From Candidatus Eiseniibacteriota bacterium (GTDB taxonomy: Bacteria > Eisenbacteria > RBG-16-71-46): a stretch of DNA of 64,000 nucleotides. Below the pieces are notes generated by a model. That model was not told where the DNA came from, searched no databases, and was given only the letters and a program-made list of their open reading frames with translations. Of the stretch, positions 55,967 to 64,000 are shown one piece after another; the stretch's first letter is position 1, and each line of letters starts with the position of its first letter. The stretch is taken from positions 1-64,000 of the forward strand of contig JBBRLX010000024.1 in assembly GCA_038231135.1 (NCBI GenBank), written 5' to 3'. A program made the translations under genes and the position numbers.

Positions 55967-57033
55967 CGGGGACCGCGCGGGTCCCGGCCGCGCTGCTCGG
56001 GCTCGCGGTGTTCATGGTTGGTGCTCGCCCCGCGCTCGCGCTCGATCCCGCGCGCTACCTGCCGCCGCCCGGCGCGCCCTACTCCGCCGAGGAAGTGGGC
56101 GTGCGCACCACCGGCACGTTCTCGCTTGCCGGCACGTTCACGGTGCCGCGTGACGGCCGGCGGCGCCACCCGGTGGTGGTGCTGATCAGCGACGCCGGCC
56201 GCCAGGACCGCAACGCCGCCGACGGCCGCGGCGCGTTCCGGCCGTTCTACGACCTCGCCGACACGCTCGGCCGCCGCGGCATCGCCGTGCTAAGGCTCGA
56301 CGACCGCGGCGTGGGAGCGTCGACGGGCTCGATCGACACCATGACGACGTACGAACGCTCGGTCGACGTGCGCGCCGCGCTCGCGTTCCTCATGGCCAGG
56401 CCCGACGTGCTGTCGCGCAAGCTGGGCCTCGTCGGAATGGGCGAAGGCGCCTCGATCGCGGCGCTCATCGCGGCCGACGATCCCGAACTCGCGGGGCTGG
56501 TGCTGCTGGGTGCGCCGAACCGCACCGGACGCGAGCTGATGAAGTGGCAGCTCCGCCGCGCCGCCGATGAGGACAGTACCCTCCTCGGCCACGCCGGCCG
56601 CGATACCGCGTACGCCGGCCGGCTCGCGGCCTGGGAACGGAAGGCGGCGGGCGATCCGTGGACGCGCTACTTCGCCGGCTACGATCCGCTCGGAACCGCG
56701 CGGCGGGTGCGCGCGCCGGTGCTGCTGCTGCAGGGCGCAGAGGACGACGCGGTGCCGGCATCGGACGCACCGAGTCTCGCGGCGGCGTTCGGCACCGGCA
56801 GCTCTGACGTGAGCACCCGCGTGTTTCCGGGGCTCGATCACGAGTTGCTGCGCCCTGCGGACATCGCGGGCCCGGGCTCGTCGGTGACACCCGCGGAGTG
56901 GCATCAGCCGCCCGAGGTGCGCGGCGCCGTGGCCGACTGGCTCGCGCGGCATCTCGCGCCGGGACCGGAACTGCCGGAGCCGCGGCGGCCGGTCCACACG
57001 AGGAAGTCCGGGCACCACCGCCGCCGGCGGTGA
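55963..57033 (+). CDS. Exported alpha/beta-hydrolase-fold protein lacking the catalytic Ser
   Basis: ATGA overlap; LAGTFTVP, PVVVLIS, IAVLRLDDRGVGAS, elbow reads GMGEG, LLQGAEDDAV, FPGLDH. Confidence 0.82.
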   Translation: MTGTARVPAALLGLAVFMVGARPALALDPARYLPPPGAPYSAEEVGVRTTGTFSLAGTFTVPRDGRRRHPVVVLISDAGRQDRNAADGRGAFRPFYDLADTLGRRGIAVLRLDDRGVGASTGSIDTMTTYERSVDVRAALAFLMARPDVLSRKLGLVGMGEGASIAALIAADDPELAGLVLLGAPNRTGRELMKWQLRRAADEDSTLLGHAGRDTAYAGRLAAWERKAAGDPWTRYFAGYDPLGTARRVRAPVLLLQGAEDDAVPASDAPSLAAAFGTGSSDVSTRVFPGLDHELLRPADIAGPGSSVTPAEWHQPPEVRGAVADWLARHLAPGPELPEPRRPVHTRKSGHHRRRR

Positions 57034-57040
57034 TGGCGCA

Positions 57041-58654
57041 TCAGCGCCCGACGTCGTCCCCCGCGCCCTCGCTTTGCCGTGTCGCGCCGCGCGCCAGTGC
57101 CAGCGCGACGTTCCAGTCGCGGTCCGCCCCCGCCATGAGATCCGCGATCGTGGCCTTGATCGATACGTCCGGTGGAATGCCGCGCGCCGGGTCACCCGGG
57201 CGGGTGAGCGCCAGGTCGTAGCGGGTGAGCGGCAGCCGCAGCTGCGTGCGGCTGTGCGGCAACGTGACCGTGATGGTGTATCCCGAAGTGTTACCGACGT
57301 AGGCGCCGCCCGATTCTTCGCCGACGATCGTCGCGCGCTTCAGGTCGTAGATGTGCGACAGGAATTCGCAGGTGGTCGAGAAGCTCGCGCCGTTCTCGAG
57401 CACGATCAGCTTCCCGTCGAAATGCGTCGCGGCGGGCTGCTGGCGGCCCCAGTTGGGATGCGTGACGAAGTGATACTTGCCATCCGCGCGCCGCTCGACG
57501 ATATCGGGCGGGATCGAGTCGTGGTCCGCGTAGCGGCCGAACGAGAACGAGAGTTTGTTGATCACCAGGTCCTGGTAGTAGTCGAACGGGTGATCGACGA
57601 GATGCGACAGCAGTCGCTTGCCCAGCTCGTCCTTGCCGCCGCTGTTCCCGCGCAGATCGAGGATCAACGCCTTCGAGCCGCGGTCGTGGATGGAATCGAA
57701 CGCGGCGTCGATGAAGCCGCCGAGCGGCACCATGCCCGAATCGTCCATCGCGCCGCCGAACTCCCGGATCCGCAGCCGGGCGATGGCACCGCCGTCCAGG
57801 AACTCCAGGTCCGCCGGCGTTTTGGGCGCCGCGTCGCCGGGATACCGTTGCGCGAGCAGGCTGTCGAGCGCGGGCAGCACGCGGCCCTCCAGCATGACGT
57901 TCTCGTCCGGGCCACCATTCATGCGCGCCAGCTCGAGGGTGAACGGCGACCGCATCCCATAGTACCGGACCAGATTCCCGCCGAATCGCCAGCCGGTGAG
58001 CCGCCACGCATGCGACGTGGCCACGCCGCCGTCGCGCGGCAGCCCGGCGAAGAACGTGTCCAGGATGTACGGCGTTCCGATGCCATTGACGGACAACAGC
58101 TCGCGGCCCGCGAGCCGGCGGTCCGTCGTGGCGAGGTCCCGGTACACGTACGCGCGCCGGCCGATCACGCGAATCTGCAGAGGCAGCAGCGGAATCGTGG
58201 CGTTCACGGCGGTCTGGAGCGACTCGGGCAGCACGGCCGAGGTATGTCCGCAGTGGATCACCGCCACCGCCGGCTGCAGCACTCGATAGAACTCCCACGC
58301 ATCCATCGGCCGGTCGAGCTTGCGCGCCGCGCCGTCGAACGCGCTGTCGAACGCGGCCCTGGAGGTGAACCGGTGAACGCCGGGATGGCCTTCCTCGAGC
58401 GCGTCGTGGGCGATGCGGAGATCGTCGAGCAGGTCAGCGGGGGAGAAGCGAACGCCGCCGGCGGGCTCGGTGCGCACGGCCCCTGCGGCGACAGGCGAAG
58501 TCCGCGCGGCGCGATGCGCCGGCGCCGTGGGTGCCGCGCGCGCTACCGCCTCCGGCCCCGCGGCGGCGGCGATACAGCATAGAGCGAGGAGCGAAGCGGC
58601 GCGGCGCACAGGACCTGACATCGTCGGACTCCGGGAGGTTCGTGGGAAGGTCAT
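57041..58654 (-). CDS. S41 family peptidase, exported
   Basis: HPG, CGHT, LILDLRGNSGG, SFSTTCEF, VGEESGG, GIPPD. Confidence 0.88.
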   Translation of the reverse strand: MTFPRTSRSPTMSGPVRRAASLLALCCIAAAAGPEAVARAAPTAPAHRAARTSPVAAGAVRTEPAGGVRFSPADLLDDLRIAHDALEEGHPGVHRFTSRAAFDSAFDGAARKLDRPMDAWEFYRVLQPAVAVIHCGHTSAVLPESLQTAVNATIPLLPLQIRVIGRRAYVYRDLATTDRRLAGRELLSVNGIGTPYILDTFFAGLPRDGGVATSHAWRLTGWRFGGNLVRYYGMRSPFTLELARMNGGPDENVMLEGRVLPALDSLLAQRYPGDAAPKTPADLEFLDGGAIARLRIREFGGAMDDSGMVPLGGFIDAAFDSIHDRGSKALILDLRGNSGGKDELGKRLLSHLVDHPFDYYQDLVINKLSFSFGRYADHDSIPPDIVERRADGKYHFVTHPNWGRQQPAATHFDGKLIVLENGASFSTTCEFLSHIYDLKRATIVGEESGGAYVGNTSGYTITVTLPHSRTQLRLPLTRYDLALTRPGDPARGIPPDVSIKATIADLMAGADRDWNVALALARGATRQSEGAGDDVGR

Positions 58655-58736
58655 AAGGATAGGTCCGCAATCCTAGCCTTTCCATGCCGGCGTCCGGAAA
58701 AGTCTTCGGCGCCAGAGTTCCCCGGGGCACGTCTGG

Positions 58737-58765
58737 TTTACCGTCGCCAGCTCGCTCGCTATACT
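58737..58765 (+). promoter_or_regulatory. Sigma70-type promoter for the helicase operon
   Basis: TTTACC-17 nt-TATACT. Confidence 0.55.
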
Positions 58766-58841
58766 TCGAAGCTCGTCGAGCGTCCCGAGCGCTCCAGGAC
58801 CACGGCAGGCCGCCATGCGCGCGGACTGCAGGGAAGCATCC

Positions 58842-61289
58842 ATGCACGCACCCCCGACTCGTTTCATGAAGCGCGACGGATCGCGCCCGGGCGAATCCAT
58901 GCCCGTGGGCCCGGAACTCCCGCTCGCGACCGACTCCGAAGGCACGGAAGCAGCCTTCGACACCACGTCGCCGGCGCCGCTCTCGGACTGGCTCACCGCG
59001 TACGCCGCGCGCCCCGAGAATCGTGGCGCGATCGCCCACTGGCACACGCTGCCCGCCCGTCCGGCGCGCCACGCCGAGTGCGAAACGCCGCTCGCCGCGC
59101 CGGTGGCCGCGGCGCTCGCGGCGCAGGGCATCGAGCGGCTCTATACGCACCAGGCGCAGGCGATCGACGCGCTGCGGGCGCGCGAGGACACGGTGATCGT
59201 CACCGGCACCGCGAGCGGCAAGAGCCTGTGCTACCACGTCCCGGTGCTCGAGGCGCTGTTGCAGGACTCCGAGGCGACGGCGCTCTACCTGTTCCCCACC
59301 AAGGCACTCGCCCAGGATCAGCTGCAGGGGCTCGCGCGGCTCACCGGCACGCATTCCGAACTGCTGCGCCACGTGGTGGCCGGCGTCTACGACGGCGACA
59401 CCCAGGCGACCACGCGCCGCAAGTTGCGTGACGACGCCAACGTGATCCTGTCGAACCCCGACATGCTGCACCAGGGCATCCTGCCGGCGCACGCGCGCTG
59501 GGGACGGTTCTTCCGCAATCTCAAATACGTCGTGGTCGACGAGATGCACGCCTACCGCGGCATCTTCGGCTCCCACGTCGCGAACGTGTTCCGCCGCCTC
59601 GAGCGCGTGGTCGCGCACGTGGGCGGCGACTTCCGCTACGTGCTGTGCAGCGCCACGATCCGTAACCCGGGCGAGCTGGCGCAGTCGCTGGTCGGCCGCT
59701 CCGTGCGGGTCATCGACGACGACGGAGCTCCGCGCGGCGAGAAGCAGTTCGTGTTCTGGAATCCGCCGTACACGGACGACGCGCGCGTCGAGCGGCGGTC
59801 GTCGAACGGCGAGGGCTGCGAGTTGTTCGCGGGGCTGGTCGCGGGCGGCGCCCAGGCGCTGGCGTTCACCAAGTCGCGGGTGGCGGCGGAGCTGGTGTAC
59901 CGCTACGCGCGCGAGAAACTCGAACACCTGGCGCCCAGGCTGGCGGACCGCATCAAGCCCTATCGCGGCGGCTATCTGCCCGAGGAACGCCGCGCGATCG
60001 AGCGCGCCCTGTTCTCGGGCGAACTGCGCGGCGTGGTGAGCACGAACGCGCTCGAGCTGGGCGTCGACATCGGCGGACTCGACGCGGTGGTGATGATCGG
60101 CGCGCCGTCCACGCTCGCGAGCGCGTGGCAGCAGGCCGGCCGCGCGGGCCGCAAGGGCGGCTCGGCGCTGGCGCTGCTGGTCGCCTACAACGAGACCGTC
60201 GACCAGTACCTGATGCGGCACCCCGACTACTTCTTCGGCCGCTCACCCGAGGCCGCGGTGATCGACCCGCACAATCCCTACATCCTCGCGCAGCAGCTCG
60301 CGTGCGCGGCGTACGAGCTGCCGATCTCGCCCGCCGACGCGGCGGCGTTCGGCCCGCAGACGCCCGCGATCCTGAGCGCGCTCGATGAATCGGGCGAGAC
60401 GAAGACGATCGACGGCCGCTCGTACTGGGCGCGCACCGACTTCCCGTCGGCGCGCGTCAACCTGCGCACGATCTCGGACGACACCTTCACGATCGTGAAC
60501 GCGAAGCAGGACAACGCGGTGATGGGCAACGTCGACGCGATCAGCGCGCTCGAGCTGGTGTACCCGGAGGCGATCTACCTGCACGAGGGCGAGACCTGCT
60601 TCGTGCGCGAGCTCGACCTGGCGCAGAAGATCGCCTACGTCGAGCCGCGCGAGGTCGACTACTACACGCAGCCGGTGCTCGACTTCAACATCCGCGTGCG
60701 GCGCGAGCTGGAGCAGCGTGTGTGGCATACCGAGTCGGTGCGGTTCGGCGAGGTCACCTACTCGTGGCAGACGATCGCGATGAAGAAGATCCGGTTCCAC
60801 TCGATCGACGCGATCGGCTATCACCCGCTCGAGTTGCCGCGGCTCACGCTCGAGACGACCGGGTTCTGGTTCGCGCCCAACGAGGACACGTGGCGCGCGG
60901 TGGCGCGGCGCGGGCTCAACCCCGTCGAGGGGCTGTCGGGCGTGCGCAACCTGTTCACCACGCTGCTGTCGATGCTCAGCATGTGCGACCCGGCCGACCT
61001 CGGCGGCATGATCGACTCGTCGAATCTCGGCCGGCCGGCGCTGTTCATGTTCGACCGATATCCGGGCGGACTCGGTTTTGCCGAGCAGGGCTACACGCGG
61101 CTCGACGAGCTGGCGCTGGCGGCGCTCGAACACGTCGAAGGCTGCCCGTGCGACACGGGCTGCCCGTCGTGCGTCGGGCTGCCGATCCTGCGTCCCGCCC
61201 AGCAACAGGATCCCGATCTCGGCCACGCGCGCGAGATCCCCGGCAAGCCGGCCGCGCTGGCTTTGCTACGACACTGGCTCGAGGCCTGA
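58842..61289 (+). CDS. SF2 DEAH helicase with C-terminal DUF1998 (MrfA/YprA/SftH/Hrq1 family)
   Basis: LYTHQ, TGTASGKS, FPTKALAQDQ, VVDEMH, SATI, TNALELGVD, QQAGRAGR; DRYPGGLG..CPCDTGCPSC; start uncertain (58815-58899). Confidence 0.93.
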   Translation: MHAPPTRFMKRDGSRPGESMPVGPELPLATDSEGTEAAFDTTSPAPLSDWLTAYAARPENRGAIAHWHTLPARPARHAECETPLAAPVAAALAAQGIERLYTHQAQAIDALRAREDTVIVTGTASGKSLCYHVPVLEALLQDSEATALYLFPTKALAQDQLQGLARLTGTHSELLRHVVAGVYDGDTQATTRRKLRDDANVILSNPDMLHQGILPAHARWGRFFRNLKYVVVDEMHAYRGIFGSHVANVFRRLERVVAHVGGDFRYVLCSATIRNPGELAQSLVGRSVRVIDDDGAPRGEKQFVFWNPPYTDDARVERRSSNGEGCELFAGLVAGGAQALAFTKSRVAAELVYRYAREKLEHLAPRLADRIKPYRGGYLPEERRAIERALFSGELRGVVSTNALELGVDIGGLDAVVMIGAPSTLASAWQQAGRAGRKGGSALALLVAYNETVDQYLMRHPDYFFGRSPEAAVIDPHNPYILAQQLACAAYELPISPADAAAFGPQTPAILSALDESGETKTIDGRSYWARTDFPSARVNLRTISDDTFTIVNAKQDNAVMGNVDAISALELVYPEAIYLHEGETCFVRELDLAQKIAYVEPREVDYYTQPVLDFNIRVRRELEQRVWHTESVRFGEVTYSWQTIAMKKIRFHSIDAIGYHPLELPRLTLETTGFWFAPNEDTWRAVARRGLNPVEGLSGVRNLFTTLLSMLSMCDPADLGGMIDSSNLGRPALFMFDRYPGGLGFAEQGYTRLDELALAALEHVEGCPCDTGCPSCVGLPILRPAQQQDPDLGHAREIPGKPAALALLRHWLEA

Positions 61290-61293
61290 CCCC

Positions 61294-62055
61294 ATGGCGA
61301 CGCATGCCCAACCCGAGTGGCCCGTAACGTTTTTCGACGACGACTACCTGCGCATCTACCATTCGACGTTCACGCCCGAGAACACCGCGGCCGACGTGGA
61401 GTTCATCGCGGGGGCGTTGGCGCTGGCTCCGGGAGCGCCGGTGCTCGACCTGGCGTGCGGCCTGGGCCGCCATGCGATTGGCATGGCGAAGCGCGGGTAC
61501 CGGGTGACCGGAGTCGATTTCAATCCGCGCTATCTCGAGCGCGCGGCCGCCGAGGCGCAGATCGCCGGCGCCGACGTGCGCTGGCTCGAAGACGACATGC
61601 GTACACTGCCGTTCGATCGTGAATTCGCCGGCGTGTATTCGTTCTTCACGTCGTTCGGATATTTCTCGGACCCCGAGAACGAGCAGGTGCTCGCGCGCAT
61701 CGCGGCGAGTCTGGCACCCGGCGGCCGGCTGCTGCTCGACCTCGCGAACCGCGAACGGATGCTGATCCATCCGCAGCAGCGCACCTGGGACCAGCGCGAG
61801 GACGGCTCGCTGGTGATGGAGGAGGTCACGTTCGACGTGAAGCGCTCGCGCGTGATCTCGCGGCTGACGCTGATCGAGGCGGGCGCCCCGCACGCGATCA
61901 AATTGTTCGAGTTGCGTACGTATACGTGCGCCGAGCTGACGGCGCTGCTCGCCCGGCAGGGCCTCGAGGTGCGCTCGGTGTGGGGCGGCGCCGATCGCAG
62001 CGATTACCAGGCCGAGAGCCGCCGGCTCGTGATGCTCGCGACGCGGCCGGAGTGA
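61294..62055 (+). CDS. Class I SAM-dependent methyltransferase
   Basis: VLDLACGLGRH, VTGVD, DMRTLPF, FTSFGYF, LAPGG. Confidence 0.9.
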   Translation: MATHAQPEWPVTFFDDDYLRIYHSTFTPENTAADVEFIAGALALAPGAPVLDLACGLGRHAIGMAKRGYRVTGVDFNPRYLERAAAEAQIAGADVRWLEDDMRTLPFDREFAGVYSFFTSFGYFSDPENEQVLARIAASLAPGGRLLLDLANRERMLIHPQQRTWDQREDGSLVMEEVTFDVKRSRVISRLTLIEAGAPHAIKLFELRTYTCAELTALLARQGLEVRSVWGGADRSDYQAESRRLVMLATRPE

Positions 62056-62119
62056 CGATGCGCTCCGGTGCCCGCGTCGTCGTCCGCGCGCACCACCCGT
62101 CCGGGCGGGAGCGCGGCTG

Positions 62120-63046
62120 ATGCTCGGCTCCGATCTGCTGCGCGACCGGCTCGCGGGGCTGGCCCGCATCCGGCGTGCGGTCGATGCAGTCCCCGAGATT
62201 CCCGCCGACGGCGCGGCGGAGTCCGAGCTCGAACCCACTCCGCCCGGAACGGCGCCGCGCGGCCCCCGGCGGCGCTCGTGGTGGCTCGGCGAGCCCGCGC
62301 CCGCCGCCGACGCCGGCCGGCTCGAGGAGTTCCTGCCGGGCGGCGAATGGCGCGACGAGCGGGGCGCGGTCTACGTGCACGAGCGGCTGCGCTCCGAGAT
62401 GGAGCGGCCCGAGCTCGACTGGGGACTGCTTCAGACTCCGCCGGAGGACGAGGAGGACCTGGCGGCGCTCGTGGCCGGCGGGCTCGGTCGCGCGTGGTTC
62501 CTCGACCTCGAGACCGGTGGCCTCGCGGCGAGCCCGGTGTTCCTCGCCGGGACGATGCACTGGAACGGCACCGACTTCGTGTTGCGCCAGTATTTTGCGC
62601 GCCACTACGGCGAGGAGGCGACGCTGATCGGGGCGCTGCACGAGGCGGCGCGCGGGTTCGAGACGCTGGTCACGTTCAACGGCAAGTCCTACGACGCGCC
62701 GTTCCTCTTAGGGCGGGCGGCGGTGCACGGCGTGAAGCTCGAGTTGCCGCCGAAGCACGTGGACCTGCTGCATCCGTCGCGGCGCCGCTGGAAGCTCGAG
62801 CTGCCCGATTGCAAACTCCAGACGCTCGAACGCCATGTGTGCAGGCGCCGGCGCTCGGGCGACGTGCCGAGCGCCGAGGTGCCGTCGCTGTACCACGATT
62901 TCGTGCGCCGCGGCGATCCCTACCGGCTGGTGCCGGTGTTCCACCACAACCTGCTGGACGTGATCACGATGGGGGAGATTCTGAAGTCGCTATGCACGCC
63001 CCGGCCGCCGCGCCGGAACTGGTTCGAGGAGCTGGACTTCGCCTGA
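62120..63046 (+). CDS. RNase H-like DEDD exonuclease (MrfB/YprB family)
   Basis: FLDLETGG, TFNGKSYD.PFL, HVDLLH, KLQTLE, HHNLLDV. Confidence 0.88.
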   Translation: MLGSDLLRDRLAGLARIRRAVDAVPEIPADGAAESELEPTPPGTAPRGPRRRSWWLGEPAPAADAGRLEEFLPGGEWRDERGAVYVHERLRSEMERPELDWGLLQTPPEDEEDLAALVAGGLGRAWFLDLETGGLAASPVFLAGTMHWNGTDFVLRQYFARHYGEEATLIGALHEAARGFETLVTFNGKSYDAPFLLGRAAVHGVKLELPPKHVDLLHPSRRRWKLELPDCKLQTLERHVCRRRRSGDVPSAEVPSLYHDFVRRGDPYRLVPVFHHNLLDVITMGEILKSLCTPRPPRRNWFEELDFA

Positions 63047-63067
63047 CGCGGCGGGCGCCCGCGGCCG

Positions 63068-63096
63068 TTGACCACCCCGGAACCCACTCCTATACT
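63068..63096 (+). promoter_or_regulatory. Sigma70-type promoter
   Basis: TTGACC-17 nt-TATACT. Confidence 0.7.
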
Positions 63097-63209
63097 TCGG
63101 GCCGTCGCAGTATTCGTTCGGCCCTCGAGCTGGTACGAAACCCTGTTCATGCGTTTGCGGCCTGCCGGCCCGCGGATCGCCGCGCAAGCGGCCGTGATGG
63201 AGTCGAGCC

Positions 63210-64000
63210 ATGCCCGAAGCGCCGCGTAGTCTGTCCGCGTTGAGCGAGGAATTCGTCGAGCTGTCGTTTCGCCACGATCCCGTGGCGGCGACCGGCGTCG
63301 GCATCCACGACTACGATCGCTGTCTCCCCGACGACTCGCCCGAAGGCATCCAGACCCGCGTCTCATGGCTGCGTGACTTTGAGCGGCGGCTACGCACCGT
63401 CTCGGATCGCGACCGGTTGAGCGGCGCCCAGCGCGTCGACCTGGCCTACCTCGAGACCCGGGTATGGGCGCTGCGGACCGAGATCGAGGAGTTGCGCGTG
63501 CACGCGCTGAACCCGGCGCGCTACCCGGAGCGCGCGCTGCGCGGCGTGTTCATGCTGCTCGCGCGCCCGTTCGCTCCGCTCGAAGAGCGCAAGGAATCGA
63601 TCCTCGACCGGCTGGTCGCGATTCCGGAATACCTCGAAGGCGCATGGCGCAACCTGGTGCCGGTGCCCGAGGTGGTTGCGAGGACCGCGCTCGAGATCAC
63701 GATCACCGGCCCCGGCTTCGTGGACGAGGTAACGCGCGCCCTGCGCCGCACGTTCCCCGGCGAAGCCGAGCGCATCGAGTTCGCGTCGGAGCGGGCGCGC
63801 GCCGGATTCCTGACCTATCAGCAGCGACTCGAGACCGAGCTGCTGCCGCGCTCCGGCGGCACGCTGGGCATCGGCGCCGAGGCGATGAACGCCAAGCTGC
63901 GCCACGAGCACCTGCTCGACACCGACGTCGACGCGCTCGACCGGCTGGGCGTCGAGACCATCGAGCGCACGTCCCGCCAGCTCGACGAGGAGGCGCGCCG
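63210..64000 (+). CDS. DUF885 family protein, N-terminal part (runs off window end)
   Basis: Manual translation from ATG 63210 (GGAG SD): MPEAPRSLSALSEEFVELSFRHDPVAATGVGIHDYDRCLPDDSPEG...RLVAIPEYL. Confidence 0.8.
   Translation, partial: MPEAPRSLSALSEEFVELSFRHDPVAATGVGIHDYDRCLPDDSPEGIQTRVSWLRDFERRLRTVSDRDRLSGAQRVDLAYLETRVWALRTEIEELRVHALNPARYPERALRGVFMLLARPFAPLEERKESILDRLVAIPEYLEGAWRNLVPVPEVVARTALEITITGPGFVDEVTRALRRTFPGEAERIEFASERARAGFLTYQQRLETELLPRSGGTLGIGAEAMNAKLRHEHLLDTDVDALDRLGVETIERTSRQLDEEAR

Noticed and set aside
58842..63046. DISARM-like defence system (helicase + DUF1998 + methyltransferase)
   Set aside because: DUF1998 is fused in the MrfA/Hrq1 manner, the methyltransferase lacks DNA-MTase motifs (DPPY/NPPY, PC), and there is no PLD or SNF2 partner

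Overview
Very GC-rich bacterial chromosomal segment, densely coding, with about 55 credible genes. Most other ORF-track entries are GC-driven shadow ORFs. I saw no rRNA, tRNA, CRISPR array, transposase or prophage gene. The backbone is a dispersed futalosine (alternative menaquinone) pathway: mqnP/ubiA-like, ubiX and ubiD/mqnL in one operon with a VKOR-DsbA fusion, then mqnE, mqnA, mqnC and mqnD spread over about 35 kb, with no recognisable mqnB. Other content: btpA-pfkB and psuG; four secreted proteins ending in a T9SS/FlgD-like 'PNP...G.Y' C-terminal domain; a CpxRA-like two-component system divergent from a TolC-adaptor-MacB permease operon lacking an ATPase; hflX, M24, rhomboid, trxA and nnr; and a MrfA/MrfB-type helicase-exonuclease pair split by a methyltransferase. 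The best candidate for an undescribed system is the translationally coupled five-gene exported-protein operon at 50027-57033. It encodes a CTD-bearing acidic-repeat protein, an Ig-like lipoprotein, two paralogous CxxCP proteins and an alpha/beta hydrolase that has lost its catalytic Ser. Other patterns are several apparently leaderless genes and repeated micro-ORFs bridging adjacent genes. The gene content suggests an FCB-related lineage such as Ca. Eisenbacteria (inference only). Family calls come from motif recognition, not database searches.
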